A stretch of DNA of 64,000 nucleotides, from the NCBI GenBank assembly GCA_018830005.1, contig JAHJTE010000004.1:16792-80791 (forward strand), written 5' to 3'. Position numbers and translations under genes: made by a program. The notes below the pieces were generated by a model. That model saw only the letters and a program-made list of their open reading frames with translations. It was not told the origin of the DNA and ran no database searches. Origin of the DNA: Candidatus Omnitrophota bacterium (GTDB taxonomy: Bacteria > Omnitrophota > Gorgyraeia > JAHJTE01). Shown in pieces: positions 38,507-51,683 of this stretch; positions within the stretch are counted from its first letter, which is position 1; every line of letters starts with the position of its first letter.

Positions 38507-39161
38507 TGTCTTTTATTTGTCCATGCTTCTTTATTGCCTTTTGAATTACAAGCAGGTTATTCTTATGTCCTACCACAGCGCCTTTCACAACCAATAGATT
38601 ATCTCCCGCCACCACTTCTATAACCTTAATATTTTGTGTGGTTACTTTTCTGTTGCCCATATGTCCGGGCATATGATGGCCTTTAACAACGCGAGATGGA
38701 TAGGCACTTGCACCTATTGAACCAACACGACGATGGCTAGTTGAACCATGCGTTTTGAATCCACCCGCCCAATGCCAGCGCTTCATACCTCCTTGAAAAC
38801 CTTTCCCAATAGAGGTCCCTCTTATGTCAACATAGTCACCTTTTTTAAAAATATCGGCGGTGATTTCGGAGCCAATTGCCGGCACTTCTTTAGAAGAAAA
38901 TTTTACTTCTTTGATAATCCTTTTAGGTGCAACCTTTATTTTTCGAAATTGCCCTAATTGTGGCTTCTTGATGCGGTTTTCTTTAGAAGTCTTTTTTACA
39001 TCCTCAAATCCCAACTGAAGCTTAAAAATATCACCCTTTGAATAGCTTTTAAGTACTACGCAGGGACCGGCCTCAATCAGGGTTACAGCAATGCATGTTC
39101 CATTCTCATCGAAAACCTGCGTCATGCCAAGCTTTCTTCCTAAAATGCCACAAGTTTGCAT
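38493..39161 (-). CDS. rplC: 50S ribosomal protein L3
   Basis: GRKLGMTQVF; GKGFQG; MPGHMG. Confidence 0.98.
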   Translation of the reverse strand: MQTCGILGRKLGMTQVFDENGTCIAVTLIEAGPCVVLKSYSKGDIFKLQLGFEDVKKTSKENRIKKPQLGQFRKIKVAPKRIIKEVKFSSKEVPAIGSEITADIFKKGDYVDIRGTSIGKGFQGGMKRWHWAGGFKTHGSTSHRRVGSIGASAYPSRVVKGHHMPGHMGNRKVTTQNIKVIEVVAGDNLLVVKGAVVGHKNNLLVIQKAIKKHGQIKDNETK

Positions 39162-39164
39162 ATC

Positions 39165-39464
39165 TTATTTGATCTCCACATCAACACCAGAAGGAAGGTT
39201 GAGCTTCCTTAAGGCATCCACTGTTTTTGCTGTAGGCTCTATTAGCTCAATTAAACGCTTATGCGTGGCCAGTTGAAATTGTTCTCTGGCTTTCTTGTCA
39301 ATCACCGGAGACTTTAGAACAGTATAGAGCTCTTTTTTGGTAGGCAAGGGAATCGGACCTGAAACCTTTGCCCCCGTTCTTTTTGCTGCCTCAACAATTT
39401 CAATTGTTGATTGATCCAGCAATCGGTGATCAAATGCCTTAAGACGTATCCTTATCTTTTGCAT
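39165..39464 (-). CDS. rpsJ: 30S ribosomal protein S10
   Basis: [10 protein letters not shown]; GPIPLPT; HKRLI. Confidence 0.98.
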   Translation of the reverse strand: MQKIRIRLKAFDHRLLDQSTIEIVEAAKRTGAKVSGPIPLPTKKELYTVLKSPVIDKKAREQFQLATHKRLIELIEPTAKTVDALRKLNLPSGVDVEIK

Positions 39465-39514
39465 TAAAATCTTCCTTCTTACACTGATTCAGAAAAATCA
39501 GCGCTAATCTAACC

Positions 39515-40714
39515 TTATGCTATAATTTCGCTAACCACGCCTGCACCAACCGTATGTCCACCTTCACGGATTGCAAAGCGAGTCTCTTTCTCAACGGCAA
39601 CAGGTATAATCAACTCTACCTCTAGTTCAATATTATCACCTGGCATAACCATCTCTACGCCTTGTGGTAGTTTGACTGAACCTGTAACATCAGTCGTGCG
39701 GAAATAAAATTGTGGCCTGTAACCAGCAAAGAACGGTGTGTGCCTTCCGCCTTCTTCTTTGTTGAGTATATACACTTGAGATTTAAATTTTGTATGAGGG
39801 GTTATTGAACCTGGTTTTGCCAAAACCATCCCTTTTTCTAAATCATTTTTTTCTACGCCGCGTAAAAGCAATCCTACGTTATCTCCAGCTTGACCTTCAT
39901 CAAGAAGTTTACGAAACATTTCAATTCCCGTAACAACAGTCTTGTGGATTTCTGGTCTCAAACCTACGATATCAACTTCCTCATTAATCTTGACAATGCC
40001 TCTTTCGATCCTTCCTGTGCCAACAGTTCCACGGCCAGAAATTGAAAAGACGTCTTCAATAGCCATCAAAAACGGCTTATCTGTTTCTCTTTTCGGAGCA
40101 GGAATGAATTCATCTACAGCCTTCATCAGCTCTAATATAGGTTTCACGGCTTCATTATTGGGATCTCCGCCTGCTTCCATAGCTTTAAGGGCACTTCCCT
40201 TTATGATCGGAGTTTTATCCCCAGGAAACTTATATTTATTAAGCAAATCACGGATTTCTAGCTCCACCAAATCCAGCAGCTCTTTATCTTCTACCTGATC
40301 AACCTTATTCAAGAAGACTACCAAGGATGGAACATTAACCTGACGCGCAAGAAGAATGTGCTCTCGAGTTTGAGGCATTGCGCCATCTGCAGCTGAAACA
40401 ACAAGGATAGCGCCATCCATCTGAGCCGCGCCGGTAATCATATTCTTAATATAATCAGCGTGTCCAGGACAGTCGATATGCGCATAATGTCGCTTTTCTG
40501 TCTGGTATTCTACATGAGAGATATTGATTGTCAAACCTCTCTCTTTTTCCTCTGGTGCGTTATCAATCTGTTCGTAGCTTTTTGCCTCTGCAAAACCAGC
40601 CTTGCTCAAAGCAAGCGTGATAGCAGAAGTAAGAGTTGTCTTCCCATGATCAACGTGGCCAATAGTGCCGATGTTAATATGGGGTTTAGTTCTTACAAAT
40701 TTTTCCTTAGCCAT
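39515..40714 (-). CDS. tuf: elongation factor Tu
   Basis: [21 protein letters not shown]. Confidence 0.99.
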   Translation of the reverse strand: MAKEKFVRTKPHINIGTIGHVDHGKTTLTSAITLALSKAGFAEAKSYEQIDNAPEEKERGLTINISHVEYQTEKRHYAHIDCPGHADYIKNMITGAAQMDGAILVVSAADGAMPQTREHILLARQVNVPSLVVFLNKVDQVEDKELLDLVELEIRDLLNKYKFPGDKTPIIKGSALKAMEAGGDPNNEAVKPILELMKAVDEFIPAPKRETDKPFLMAIEDVFSISGRGTVGTGRIERGIVKINEEVDIVGLRPEIHKTVVTGIEMFRKLLDEGQAGDNVGLLLRGVEKNDLEKGMVLAKPGSITPHTKFKSQVYILNKEEGGRHTPFFAGYRPQFYFRTTDVTGSVKLPQGVEMVMPGDNIELEVELIIPVAVEKETRFAIREGGHTVGAGVVSEIIA

Positions 40715-40754
40715 AAAAATACCTCCTCATTTTCTTCGTCTACTCTCCTTGAAA

Positions 40755-42839
40755 TTAAGCACCTGTCGATGTTGCGTACATTATTTTCTCTTTTATATGT
40801 GAAGGCACCTCTGAATAATAAGAGGGCTCCATAGTATAGGATGCACGACCTTGGGTTAAAGAACGCAAGGCATTAGCATAATCAAAAAGTTCTGCCAACG
40901 GTACATCAGCGCGTACAGTGCGTACATTTACACGTTGACCTAACGCTATTACGCGCCCCCGCCTCCCGTTTAAATCACTAATAACCTGGCCTAAAAATTC
41001 AAAAGGAGTAACAACCTCAACATCCATTATCGGTTCAAGTAAGACAGCATTCGCCTTTCTCATACCGTCACGAAAGGCAATCGCTGCGGCCATCTTAAAA
41101 GCAATCTCAGAAGAATCTACTTCGTGGAATGAACCATCAACTAGCTCTACATCAATATCAGTTACTGCAAAGCCGGCAATTGCCCCACTCTTAGCAGACT
41201 CTAATATACCTTTTTTAACAGATGGGATAAATTCTCTGGGTATTGCGCCGGATTTAATTCTATCAGTAAAGGTAACGCCACTACCTTTGGCCTCTGAAGG
41301 TGCCATCGTAATAACCACGTGTCCATATTGGCCGTGCCCACCAGTTTGCTTGACAAACTTTCCCACAGAATTCACCTTTTTTGTAATTGTTTCGTTATAA
41401 GCCACCTGCGGCCTGCCTACGTTTGCTTCAACATTGAATTCACGAAGTAACCTATTTACAGCAATCTCTAAATGCAGCTGACCCATGCCTGAAATTACAG
41501 TCTGACCAGTCTCAGAATTATACGTGACACGAAAAGAAGGATCTTCCTCTTCAAGTTTTTTAAGCGACATACCTAATTTATCCTGATCAATTTTAGTCTT
41601 GGGCTCAATTGCCAATGAGATTACTGGTTTAGGAAAATGCATTGATTCCAAAAGGATTGGATAAGATTCATCTGTTAAGGTATCACCTGATCTTACTTCT
41701 TTTAATCCCACAACTGCTCCGATATCACCTGTTGAAAGCTCATCAACAATTTGCTGTTTATTAGCATGCATCTGAACGATTTTGCTCACCCGCTCTCGAC
41801 AACGTTGCATAGCATTATATATGTAACTGCCAGACTTTAATACCCCAGAATAAACCCTGACATAATTTAGTCTACCGACATACGGATCGGTTATAATCTT
41901 AAAGCATAGGCTACACATTGGAGCATGATCAGAGGCTATCCTTTCTTCATATTCGCCGCTCTTTGGCTCTATGCCTTTAATCGGCGGCAAATCTAAAGGC
42001 GAAGGCAAATAGTCGCATACTGCCTCAAGTAAAAGCTGAACTCCTTTATTCTTAAAAGAAGAGCCACATAATATCGGAACAAATTTATTATTTATAACCG
42101 CCTCTCTTATTGCTTGCTTGATCTCCTCTGTAGTCACCTCTTCGCTATGAACGAATTTATTCATAATATGATCATCAACCTCAGCAAGCTTTTCTATTAA
42201 GTTGTTACGGTGTTGAGAAAAAAACGATTGCAAATCATCAGGGATAGGCAAATAATCTAATTTTATGCCTAAATCATCCTGAGATTTAACGAATTTGCCT
42301 GAGATCAAGTCAATAATTCCTTCGAAGCTTTCTTCCTTTCCAACTGGCAACTGTATTGGAGCAACATGTTTATTCAAGCGTTCCTTTACCTCATTGACTA
42401 CATTGAAGAAATCAGCTCCCATTCTATCCATCTTATTTATAAATGCAATCCTGGGAACCTTATAATGGTCTGCTTGCCGCCATACTGTCTCGCTCTGAGA
42501 TTCAACTCCTCCAACAGCACAAAAGATAACAACACAGCCATCTAAAATTTTAAGCGAACGTTCGACTTCAATCGTAAAGTCGACATGGCCAGGCGTATCA
42601 ATAATATTGATTCTTTTGGTCTTCCAAAGAATCGTTGTTGCCGCAGCCGTAATAGTTATGCCCCTTTCCTGCTCCTGAGGCATCCAATCCATAGTCGCCG
42701 TACCTGAATCTACCTCGCCAATTTTATAAATCTTCCCCGAATAAAAAAGCATACGCTCGGTAGTTGTAGTCTTTCCTGCGTCAATATGGGCGATGATCCC
42801 AATATTTCTTATATTGCCTAAATCGTTCTCTTTTGACAT
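40755..42839 (-). CDS. fusA: elongation factor G
   Basis: RNIGIIAHIDAGKTT, ERGITI, DTPGHVDF; start moved to ATG 42839 to avoid overlapping rpsG. Confidence 0.97.
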   Translation of the reverse strand: MSKENDLGNIRNIGIIAHIDAGKTTTTERMLFYSGKIYKIGEVDSGTATMDWMPQEQERGITITAAATTILWKTKRINIIDTPGHVDFTIEVERSLKILDGCVVIFCAVGGVESQSETVWRQADHYKVPRIAFINKMDRMGADFFNVVNEVKERLNKHVAPIQLPVGKEESFEGIIDLISGKFVKSQDDLGIKLDYLPIPDDLQSFFSQHRNNLIEKLAEVDDHIMNKFVHSEEVTTEEIKQAIREAVINNKFVPILCGSSFKNKGVQLLLEAVCDYLPSPLDLPPIKGIEPKSGEYEERIASDHAPMCSLCFKIITDPYVGRLNYVRVYSGVLKSGSYIYNAMQRCRERVSKIVQMHANKQQIVDELSTGDIGAVVGLKEVRSGDTLTDESYPILLESMHFPKPVISLAIEPKTKIDQDKLGMSLKKLEEEDPSFRVTYNSETGQTVISGMGQLHLEIAVNRLLREFNVEANVGRPQVAYNETITKKVNSVGKFVKQTGGHGQYGHVVITMAPSEAKGSGVTFTDRIKSGAIPREFIPSVKKGILESAKSGAIAGFAVTDIDVELVDGSFHEVDSSEIAFKMAAAIAFRDGMRKANAVLLEPIMDVEVVTPFEFLGQVISDLNGRRGRVIALGQRVNVRTVRADVPLAELFDYANALRSLTQGRASYTMEPSYYSEVPSHIKEKIMYATSTGA

Positions 42840-42858
42840 CTCTTTTAATAAGTTCAAA

Positions 42859-43326
42859 TTACCATCTAAAGTGAGCGAAGGCTTTGTTTGCCTCTGCCAT
42901 TTTGTGAGTGTCATCTCTTTTCTTTATTGTTGCGCCTTCCCCTTTATAAGCAGAGAAGAGTTCCTCAGCCAATCGCAACTGCATTGTCCTGCCCTTTTTA
43001 GAGCGTGCGAAATCTCGTATCCATCGCAAGGCCAAGGCCGTACCCCTAGCCTGATTCACCTCTATAGGTACCTGATAGGTTGCGCCGCCAACACGTCGAG
43101 GCTTAACCTCAAGACGCGGCCGAGCATTTTCAATAGATTTATTTAACGCCTTTATTGCATCTTCGTTTGTCTTTTTCTGTAAAATCTCCAACGAACCGTA
43201 AAGAATCCTCTCTGCGACAGATTTCTTGCCTTCATGCATTAGCATATTTATAAATTTAGTTACAACCCGACTTTTGTATTTTGGATCAGGTAATAATTCT
43301 TTTTTAGATTTTGATTTCCTTCTCAT
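42859..43326 (-). CDS. rpsG: 30S ribosomal protein S7
   Basis: [11 protein letters not shown]; [13 protein letters not shown]. Confidence 0.98.
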   Translation of the reverse strand: MRRKSKSKKELLPDPKYKSRVVTKFINMLMHEGKKSVAERILYGSLEILQKKTNEDAIKALNKSIENARPRLEVKPRRVGGATYQVPIEVNQARGTALALRWIRDFARSKKGRTMQLRLAEELFSAYKGEGATIKKRDDTHKMAEANKAFAHFRW

Positions 43327-43697
43327 TGTTTAGGCCTTTTTGCTCCATATTTGGAACGCGATTTCTTTCTATTTGCAACTCCCAGAGTATCCAGCGAACC
43401 ACGCACTATATGATATCTAACACCTGGTAAATCCTTAACCCTGCCGCCGCGAACTAATACAATTGAGTGTTCCTGAAGATTATGCCCTTCGCCTGGTATA
43501 TAGGCTGATACCTCACTAGTAGTAGTCAACCTGACACGGGCAATCTTACGCAAAGCCGAATTTGGTTTTTTAGGTGTCATTGTTCGTACCTGCAGACATA
43601 CGCCTCTTCTTTGCGGACATCCCATTAACGCAGGTGATTTTGTCTTCTTTTTTTTGGCTACCCTTCGTTTTCTAATTAATTGGGAAATTGTTGGCAT
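43323..43697 (-). CDS. rpsL: 30S ribosomal protein S12
   Basis: [10 protein letters not shown]; [10 protein letters not shown]. Confidence 0.99.
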   Translation of the reverse strand: MPTISQLIRKRRVAKKKKTKSPALMGCPQRRGVCLQVRTMTPKKPNSALRKIARVRLTTTSEVSAYIPGEGHNLQEHSIVLVRGGRVKDLPGVRYHIVRGSLDTLGVANRKKSRSKYGAKRPKQ

Positions 43698-43701
43698 ATA
43701 A

Positions 43702-46700
43702 TTATTCCTTAGATGCTACTAAAGCTTCCAAGTCTTTCTTTTCCTTATCAACTTCTTGGGAAGCGCCTAATTTTTCCAAAATAACCTCGTTATCATTCAC
43801 AGCAGCTGTTCCAGCAGGAATCAGGTGGCCAACAATAACGTTTTCCTTCAACCCGTAAAGAAAATCAACCTTTCCTGAAGCAGCCGCCTCTGTTAATACT
43901 CGCGTTGTCTCCTGAAAGCTTGCTGCAGAAATAAAACTTTCTGTTGTCAATGATGCCTTTGTTATTCCTAAAAGCAAGGGAGTCGCTGATGCTGGTCTGC
44001 CACCTTTCTTCATTACTTTTTCATTTTCCTGCTTGAATCTCCATTTGTCTACGTGTTGGCCGGTTAAAAATTCTGTATCACCCGCATTTTCGATGCGCAC
44101 TTTTTTCAACATCTGCCTGATTATAAGTTCGATGTGCTTATCATTAATTTGTACACCCTGCAAGCGATATACCTCCTGGACTTCATTAACCAGATATTCT
44201 TGCAAAACCTTATCGCCGCAAACCTGCAATATGTCCTGCGGTACGACTGGACCATCAGTCAGCTGTTGACCTGCAACAACACGGTCGCTCTTGTAGACGT
44301 TTGGATGTTTGCCAGCCGGAATAGCATATTCGCATTTCATGCCTGTAGGAGAACGAACGACTATCATTCTTTGGCCTTTTTTGGTTTCTCCAAATTCAAC
44401 AAATCCATCGATTTCTGTTATGATTGCAGGGTCTTTAGGCTTGCGTGCCTCAAAAAGCTCTGCTACCCTGGGAAGGCCTCCAGTAATATCTCTAGTTTTG
44501 ATAATCGTGCGCGGAATCTTCGCGAGTAGGTCGCCAGCCTCAACGTTTTCTCCATCCTTAGCAAGGATATGTGCCCCAGCCGGAATAGGATATATACCTA
44601 AAACCTCTTTTTTGTTATTCAGGATTATTATTTGCGGATGATACTCTGCCTTATGCTCAACAACAATGAACTCAACAGCCCCTGTTACCACATTTAGTTC
44701 TTTTCTTATGGTTACGTCTTCCTCAATCTCTTCATATTTTACTGTACCTGAAACTTCAGTTAAAATAGGTGATGTGTAAGGATCCCAACGAATATAGGCA
44801 ACGCCTTTTTCTATCTGCTGTTCATCTTTGAACGAAAGAAATGCCCCTTGTACAACAGCATAACGTTCTAATTCCCTTCCTTGAGCGTCATTAATGCTTA
44901 CGAAACCATTGCGATTAAGAACAACGAATTCCTTCTTCTTGCTAACAGTGCGCAGATTATGATATTTAATAATGCCTTTATTGCGACTTTTAACGGCTGA
45001 TTGCTCAACAATGCGAGAGGCAGTACCACCAATATGAAATGTGCGCATCGTAAGCTGCGTTCCCGGCTCACCAATAGACTGAGCAGCAATAACGCCAACT
45101 GCCTCACCCAGTTCTACAAGACGATCAGTAGCTAAATTAGTACCATAACATTTTACGCATACGCCGCGCTCTGATTCACAAGTCAAAACGCTTCTAATGC
45201 GAATTTTTTCAATTCCAAGTCGCTCGATGATTTCAGCCTTTTCAACAACAATCTCCTCACCTGAGGTAATAATCGTCTCATCAGTAATAACATCAACTAC
45301 ATTATCCAAGGCAACCCTACCTACAATTCTTTCCTTCAAAGAAACAACCACTTCATTACCTTCGATAATAGCAGAAACTGTGATGCCGTTTAATGTTCCG
45401 CAATCTAATCCATTAACAATAACCTCTTGTGCGACATCGACCAAACGTCGAGTTAAATAACCTGCATCAGCTGTCTTTAGAGCAGTATCTGCTAGGCCTT
45501 TGCGCGCTCCGTGTGTAGATATAAAATACTCCAAAACAGTCAAGCCCTCTCTAAAATTAGCAGTGATCGGACTTTCGATAATTTCCCCTGAAGGCTTAGC
45601 CATCAAGCCACGCATACCAGCCAGCTGACGAATCTGCAACTTCGAACCTCGCGCTCCAGAATCTGCCATCATAAATATCGGATTAAATGGACTAAAGTCC
45701 TCAAAAAGTAAATCAGAAATTTCATCTGTAGTATGGGTCCAGATGTCAATAATCTTATTGTGGCGCTCACCTTTGGTAATAATACCGCGCCGATACTGTT
45801 CCTCAACCCTGCGCGTCTCCTCTTTTGCTTTATCAAGACAGGTCTCTTTGCCTTTGGGAATCGTCAAATCATCGATACTAATCGAAAGACCTGCTAATGT
45901 TGCATATTCAAAACCAAGCTGCTTAAGCTTATCTAATAATTGTACTGTTTCTGTACGATGAAAACGCTTATAGCATTCAGAAACAATATTTCCGATCTTG
46001 CTCTTATTCAGGGTCGTATTAACAAAACCAAAGTCTTTAGGTAAAACCTGATTGAATATGATTCTACCTACTGTAGTCTCAATGATGACACTATTTGCCG
46101 ATAGATTTTTAATTTGATTGAAATCATTGTATATATCTAAAATCTTATTTTTTTTCAAATCCAGTCTTACTTTAATACGTGAATGCAATTCAATACAATT
46201 ATCATTAAAGGCAATAACAGCCTCGTCAGGCGTGGAAAAAACCTTGGCCTCTCCTTTTGACTTCGGTTTTATTTTCGTCATAAAATAGCAGCCAATAATA
46301 ATATCCTGCGTTGGCGTTGCTATTGGCCTTCCATCAGCAGGAGAAAAGATATTATTAATTGAGAGCATAATAAGCTTGGCCTCAAGCTGAGCCTCAGTAG
46401 AGAGTGGAACATGAACTGCCATTTGATCTCCGTCAAAATCAGCATTAAAAGCTGCGCAGACTAAAGGGTGAATCCTTATGGCCTTGCCTTCGGTCAAAAC
46501 AGGTTGAAAGGCTTGGACGCTTAACTTATGCAACGTGGGAGCACGATTAAGTAATACAGGGTGGTCCTTAATTACTTCATCTAAAATATCCCAGACTTCA
46601 GTTTTGGCGCGTTCAACCAGCCTCTTGGCACCTTTAATCGTATGAACTATATCTCTTTCACGCAGTTTTCTTATAATAAAGGGCTCGAATAACTCTAATG

Positions 46701-47790
46701 CCATATATTTAGGTATACCGCATTCATGCAATTTGAGTTCAGGGCCAACAACAATGACAGAACGACCAGAATAATCAACGCGCTTACCTAGTAAATTCTG
46801 CCTAAATCTACCTTGTTTTCCTTTAAGCATATCAGACAGAGACTTCAAGGGACGATTATTCGAACCTAAAACAGGCCTGCCATGCCTGCCGTTATCCAAA
46901 AGGGCATCAACAGCTTCCTGTAGCATTCGCTTCTCATTACGAATAATAATATCAGGCGCGTTCAAATCCAGCAATTTCTTTAGACGATTATTGCGATTTA
47001 TTACTCTTCTGTAGAGATCATTTAAATCACTGGTGGCAAATCTACCCCCATCAAGCGGTACAAGCGGTCTTAAATCAGGCGGAATAACAGGCAAGACAGA
47101 AAGAACCATCCACTCTGGCTTATTGCCTGATTTACGAAAATCATCAATGATTTTAAGAGTTTTAACAAGCCGCTGTGCACTGGCGCCGCCTTTTGAATCC
47201 TCTATCTGCTTTCGCAGTTTCCTACAGCTATTATCCAGATCAAGATCTTTAAGCAAGGCTAATAACGCTTCGCCTCCAATCTTAGCATCAAATCCCTGGT
47301 CATACTTTTCAAGACACTGCTGATATTTATCCTCAGAGAGAAGTTCTCTTTTCTTCAGAGGCGTGTCTTTCGGATCAATGACAACATATTCTTCATAATA
47401 AATAATCTTTTCTAAATCCCGCAACGATAGATCAAGCATCGCCGAAAGTCTTGATGGAACAGCCTTAAAAAACCAGATATGCGATACGGGCGTTGCCAAT
47501 TCAATACTACCCATTCTTACACGTCTTGTGCTTGAACGATCAATACTCACGCCGCAACGGTCGCAGGTAATTCCTTTAAATTTGATACCCTTATATTTTC
47601 CGCAGTTACATTCCCAGTCACGCACAGGACCAAATATCTTTTCGCAAAAGAGTCCGTCCTTTTCAGGTTTTAGCGTTCTGTAATTTATGGTCTCGGCCTT
47701 TTTTACCTCTCCAGAAGACCAGGAAAAAATCGCACTGGGAGATGCAATTTTTATTGCTATGTTGTCAAATTGAACATTATCTTGTTGCAT
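43702..47790 (-). CDS. rpoC: RNA polymerase beta' subunit
   Basis: Catalytic NADFDGD motif; Zn finger; [13 protein letters not shown]. Confidence 0.99.
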   Translation of the reverse strand: MQQDNVQFDNIAIKIASPSAIFSWSSGEVKKAETINYRTLKPEKDGLFCEKIFGPVRDWECNCGKYKGIKFKGITCDRCGVSIDRSSTRRVRMGSIELATPVSHIWFFKAVPSRLSAMLDLSLRDLEKIIYYEEYVVIDPKDTPLKKRELLSEDKYQQCLEKYDQGFDAKIGGEALLALLKDLDLDNSCRKLRKQIEDSKGGASAQRLVKTLKIIDDFRKSGNKPEWMVLSVLPVIPPDLRPLVPLDGGRFATSDLNDLYRRVINRNNRLKKLLDLNAPDIIIRNEKRMLQEAVDALLDNGRHGRPVLGSNNRPLKSLSDMLKGKQGRFRQNLLGKRVDYSGRSVIVVGPELKLHECGIPKYMALELFEPFIIRKLRERDIVHTIKGAKRLVERAKTEVWDILDEVIKDHPVLLNRAPTLHKLSVQAFQPVLTEGKAIRIHPLVCAAFNADFDGDQMAVHVPLSTEAQLEAKLIMLSINNIFSPADGRPIATPTQDIIIGCYFMTKIKPKSKGEAKVFSTPDEAVIAFNDNCIELHSRIKVRLDLKKNKILDIYNDFNQIKNLSANSVIIETTVGRIIFNQVLPKDFGFVNTTLNKSKIGNIVSECYKRFHRTETVQLLDKLKQLGFEYATLAGLSISIDDLTIPKGKETCLDKAKEETRRVEEQYRRGIITKGERHNKIIDIWTHTTDEISDLLFEDFSPFNPIFMMADSGARGSKLQIRQLAGMRGLMAKPSGEIIESPITANFREGLTVLEYFISTHGARKGLADTALKTADAGYLTRRLVDVAQEVIVNGLDCGTLNGITVSAIIEGNEVVVSLKERIVGRVALDNVVDVITDETIITSGEEIVVEKAEIIERLGIEKIRIRSVLTCESERGVCVKCYGTNLATDRLVELGEAVGVIAAQSIGEPGTQLTMRTFHIGGTASRIVEQSAVKSRNKGIIKYHNLRTVSKKKEFVVLNRNGFVSINDAQGRELERYAVVQGAFLSFKDEQQIEKGVAYIRWDPYTSPILTEVSGTVKYEEIEEDVTIRKELNVVTGAVEFIVVEHKAEYHPQIIILNNKKEVLGIYPIPAGAHILAKDGENVEAGDLLAKIPRTIIKTRDITGGLPRVAELFEARKPKDPAIITEIDGFVEFGETKKGQRMIVVRSPTGMKCEYAIPAGKHPNVYKSDRVVAGQQLTDGPVVPQDILQVCGDKVLQEYLVNEVQEVYRLQGVQINDKHIELIIRQMLKKVRIENAGDTEFLTGQHVDKWRFKQENEKVMKKGGRPASATPLLLGITKASLTTESFISAASFQETTRVLTEAAASGKVDFLYGLKENVIVGHLIPAGTAAVNDNEVILEKLGASQEVDKEKKDLEALVASKE

Positions 47791-47812
47791 TTCAGCTCCA
47801 ATTTATATTCGT

Positions 47813-50800
47813 TTAATTATTTGCCTTGGACTTTCCCACAGTTACATCCAAACCAAGACCCTGAAGTTCTTTAATTAGAACATTGAACGACTCAGGAATG
47901 CCTGGCTTAAGACGTTGTTCACCTTTAACAATTGCCTCATAAATCCTAGTCCTTCCAGTAACATCATCACTTTTCACTGTTAGCATTTCCTGCAAGGTGT
48001 ATGCTGCTCCATATGCCTCAAGCGCCCAAACCTCCATTTCACCAAAGCGCTGGCCGCCGAATTGTGCCTTCCCCCCTAAGGGCTGCTGTGTAACTAATGA
48101 ATAAGGACCAATGGAACGAGCATGAATCTTTTCCTCAACAAGATGAATAAGCTTCATCATATAGATATATCCCACAGTCACCTTCTGATGGAATGGTTCT
48201 CCTGTATGGCCGTCATAAAGAGTAATCTTTCCATCTTCTGGTAAACCAGCTTCAGACAACATCTGTTTAATCTCTGCCTCAGTGGTGCCATCGAAAATCG
48301 GACTGGTGACCTTTAATCCTAAGGCTTGAGCTGCCCAGCCTAAATGTGTCTCTAAAATCTGACCCACATTCATACGACTCGGCACTCCTAAAGGATTTAA
48401 TACCAAATCTATTGGCGTGCCATCTTCTGTAAAAGGCATGTCCTCTTCTGGTAAAATCTTAGCTACAACCCCTTTATTTCCATGCCTACCAGCAACCTTA
48501 TCTCCTGCAGACAACCTCCTCTTCATGGCAATATAAACTACAACTCTTTTTAGTACGCCTGCAGGTAATTCATCTCCGCGTTTTACCTTTTCGATCTCCT
48601 GTTCTTGTTCTGCAATCAAGACTTTGACCTGTTCATCGAAAATTTCAGCAACAGCCTGAGCGCGATCATGAGAGCTTAAGTCAATCTTAAGCAGTTTCTT
48701 CTTATCAACTCCTAAAATGCGACAAAGTTTTTTTATTTTTTCTTGCTCAATATAGGAGATCTCCTGTCCATAGTAATCTTTGATCTGGCGCATCTTGGCC
48801 AATTCCTTTCTTTTGCCCTCTTTAGATTTGCGGCCGCGTTCTTTACGAGCAAAAATCTGAACATCAACTACAACGCCTGAAATTCCCGGAGACGCATTTA
48901 GGGAAGTATCCCTGACATCTCCTGCCTTCTCTCCGAATATGGCTCGCAATAGCCTCTCTTCAGGTGAAAGTTCAGACTCTGTCTTGGGGGTAACCTTGCC
49001 TACCAGAATATCATCTGGCCTAACTTCAGCGCCAACACGGACAATGCCATTTTCATCTAGATTCCTGCGAGACTCCTCACTAACATTGGGAATATCCGCA
49101 GTTATCTCTTCGTTACCAAGCCGAGTTTCCCTTGCTTCCACTTCGAAACGCTCAATGTGAACTGAAGTAAAGAGATCATTCTTAAGCACATTCTCACTCA
49201 TCAGAATAGCGTCTTCAAAGTTAAAACCACGCCATGGCATAAAGGCTACAAGTACATTTTTTCCCAAGGCTAACTGACCATCGCTTGTTGCCATACTATC
49301 AGCAATAACCTCGCCGGCTTCAACATTTTGGCCTAATTTAACAATCGGACGTTGACGCAAGCAGGTATTGGCATTAGAACGAATGAATTTATTTAAATTG
49401 TACGTTTCTCGACCAATCGTAATGCGCTCTGAATCAACAGAACTTACCCGGCCACTATTTTTTGCGACTACTACAGCTCCTGAATCAACAGCTACACGGC
49501 CTTCCATTTCAGTACCAACAAGAGGGATGTCAGCAAACAGCAAAGGCACTGCTTGTCGCTGCATGTTCGAACCCATTAAAGCTCGGTTTGCATCATCGTG
49601 TTCAAGAAAAGGAATTAATGAAGTAGCAACTGAAAATAACTGTCGCGGCGAAACATCCATATATTGGATCTTTTTTGGTTCGACCTTTGGGAAATCTCCT
49701 TTACATCTACAAGAGACGGCTTTCTCAACAAAGGTATTATCTTTATCAATCCTTGCATTTGCCTGAGCAATAATCTTATCCTCATCAACATCAGCTGTCA
49801 GATATTCGATTTTCCGCGTTACCTTGCCTGCTTCTACTCTACGGTAAGGTGTTTCAATTAAGCCTATTTCATTGATACGCGCATATATAGTGAGTGAAGA
49901 AATTAAACCGATGTTTGGTCCTTCTGGCGTCTCAATAGGACATACGCGTCCGTAATGAGAAGAGTGGATATCTCTTACCTCAAAGCCTGCACGCTCACGT
50001 GATAATCCACCTGGACCTAATGCGCTAAGTCTCCTTTTATGCGTTAATTCGGATAAAGGATTAACTTGATCCATAAATTGGGAAAGTTGACTTCTACCGA
50101 AGAAATCTCTTATCTGACTGGAAAGTAGTTTGGAATTAATCAGATGGTGCACTGATAGATTCTCAATATCACCTAATATTGCAATCCTCTCCCGCACCAG
50201 ACGCTCCAGACGCGCCAGGCCAATACGAACCTGGTTTTGAACTAATTCCCCTACTGTTTTCACGCGGCGATTACCAAGATGGTCAATGTCATCTATGCTA
50301 CCTTTTCCTGATTTCAACCCAATTAAATAATTAATTACCGAGATAATTGTTTCCTTATCCAGCATCCGTTTGGATAATGAAACATTCAGGTTTAATTTGC
50401 GATTGAGAATAAATCGTCCTGCCTTTTCCAAATCATAACGTTTGTTATCTTGGAATAGACGAGTAAAGAGCGCCTCAGCCGCTTCTTGCGTAACCGGCTC
50501 AGTAGGACGCAATTTACGGTAAAAGTCCATGAGGGCTTCTTCGCGTGTTTTTGTAAAATCTTTTTCTAATGTGTTTTTTATTAATTCTGAGGTGGGACTG
50601 GGAAAGGCCTTCTTTATTTCTTCATCAGTTGCATATCCGAATATTCTCAAAATTTGCGTTGCCGGAAAATTACGTTTTCTATCCACATAGGCAATTATCG
50701 TATCTGAAAGATCTGCTTTAAATTCAAGCCAGGCGCCTCGATAGGGAATTATTCTACCAAAGAATAGACTTTTTCCCGTTGGATGTTCTTCGCTTTCAAA

Positions 50801-51229
50801 GGATACCCCGGGAGACCTCTGAATCTGGCTAACGATTACTCTTTCGTCTCCGTTTATAATAAAAGTGGCGTTTTCAGTCATCAGGGGTATATCACCAAAA
50901 TATACCTCTTGTTCCTTTGTCTCTTTAGGAGAAATGAGCCTCAATTTAACTTTAAGTACGCCAGCATAGCTCACTGACCTTCGCCTGCACTCTTCAACGC
51001 AATACTTGGGCTTTCCTATTGTGTAGCATATAAACTCTAACTGATATTTATTGTCGTAGCTTTGAATTGGAAAAATTTCCTCAAAGACTTCCTGTAGTCC
51101 TACTGAATTTCTTTTGCGAGGGTTTACCTCCATCTGGAGAAAGTTATTATAGGCCTCAAGCTGTACATCCAACAAATTAGGAATAGGAAAAATCTCTTTT
51201 AGCTTTCCGAAACTTTTCGTTTTTTTCAT
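47813..51229 (-). CDS. rpoB: RNA polymerase beta subunit (compact, 1138 aa)
   Basis: [37 protein letters not shown]. Confidence 0.99.
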   Translation of the reverse strand: MKKTKSFGKLKEIFPIPNLLDVQLEAYNNFLQMEVNPRKRNSVGLQEVFEEIFPIQSYDNKYQLEFICYTIGKPKYCVEECRRRSVSYAGVLKVKLRLISPKETKEQEVYFGDIPLMTENATFIINGDERVIVSQIQRSPGVSFESEEHPTGKSLFFGRIIPYRGAWLEFKADLSDTIIAYVDRKRNFPATQILRIFGYATDEEIKKAFPSPTSELIKNTLEKDFTKTREEALMDFYRKLRPTEPVTQEAAEALFTRLFQDNKRYDLEKAGRFILNRKLNLNVSLSKRMLDKETIISVINYLIGLKSGKGSIDDIDHLGNRRVKTVGELVQNQVRIGLARLERLVRERIAILGDIENLSVHHLINSKLLSSQIRDFFGRSQLSQFMDQVNPLSELTHKRRLSALGPGGLSRERAGFEVRDIHSSHYGRVCPIETPEGPNIGLISSLTIYARINEIGLIETPYRRVEAGKVTRKIEYLTADVDEDKIIAQANARIDKDNTFVEKAVSCRCKGDFPKVEPKKIQYMDVSPRQLFSVATSLIPFLEHDDANRALMGSNMQRQAVPLLFADIPLVGTEMEGRVAVDSGAVVVAKNSGRVSSVDSERITIGRETYNLNKFIRSNANTCLRQRPIVKLGQNVEAGEVIADSMATSDGQLALGKNVLVAFMPWRGFNFEDAILMSENVLKNDLFTSVHIERFEVEARETRLGNEEITADIPNVSEESRRNLDENGIVRVGAEVRPDDILVGKVTPKTESELSPEERLLRAIFGEKAGDVRDTSLNASPGISGVVVDVQIFARKERGRKSKEGKRKELAKMRQIKDYYGQEISYIEQEKIKKLCRILGVDKKKLLKIDLSSHDRAQAVAEIFDEQVKVLIAEQEQEIEKVKRGDELPAGVLKRVVVYIAMKRRLSAGDKVAGRHGNKGVVAKILPEEDMPFTEDGTPIDLVLNPLGVPSRMNVGQILETHLGWAAQALGLKVTSPIFDGTTEAEIKQMLSEAGLPEDGKITLYDGHTGEPFHQKVTVGYIYMMKLIHLVEEKIHARSIGPYSLVTQQPLGGKAQFGGQRFGEMEVWALEAYGAAYTLQEMLTVKSDDVTGRTRIYEAIVKGEQRLKPGIPESFNVLIKELQGLGLDVTVGKSKANN

Positions 51230-51281
51230 AGTTTAGAAATTGATTACAGTAAAATTTTGTTTTTGTTAAACCAGAGAAATC

Positions 51282-51656
51282 TTACTTTAATTCTACTTTA
51301 GCCCCTACTGCCTCGAGCTTCTTCTTGATTTCGTTAGCCTCATCCTTAGGGACATTTTCTTTAACCGGCTTAGGAGCTGAATCCACAAGGTCCTTGGCCT
51401 CTTTAAGCCCCAGGGTTGTTAAGACGCGAACTTCTTTAATGACCTGAATTTTGTTTGCACCAACCTCTGTTAGGACAACGTTAAACGTCGTTTTCTCTTC
51501 TTCTTCCTCAGCAGCTGCTCCCGCAGCAGCCCCGGCTATGGCCATCGCAGGCATTGCCGCAACACCAAACTTATCCTCTAATGCCTTTACCAGGTCTGAA
51601 AGCTCAAGAACGCTTAAGCCTTCAATAGTTTTGATAACGTCTTCAACTTTAGCCAT
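51282..51656 (-). CDS. rplL: 50S ribosomal protein L7/L12
   Basis: Ala-rich hinge; KIQVIKEVR; [10 protein letters not shown]. Confidence 0.98.
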   Translation of the reverse strand: MAKVEDVIKTIEGLSVLELSDLVKALEDKFGVAAMPAMAIAGAAAGAAAEEEEEKTTFNVVLTEVGANKIQVIKEVRVLTTLGLKEAKDLVDSAPKPVKENVPKDEANEIKKKLEAVGAKVELK

Positions 51657-51683
51657 CTTTCGTCCTCCTTGAATAATTAACCG

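Noticed and set aside
42840-42914. N-terminal extension on EF-G
   Set aside because: It overlaps the conserved rpsG 3' end; ATG 42839 gives a normal-length EF-G
27777-43326. UGA-to-Trp/Gly recoding
   Set aside because: Conserved genes (infA, adk, secY, rplD, rpsL) end at TGA at their expected lengths, often in ATGA overlaps; standard code 11 fits
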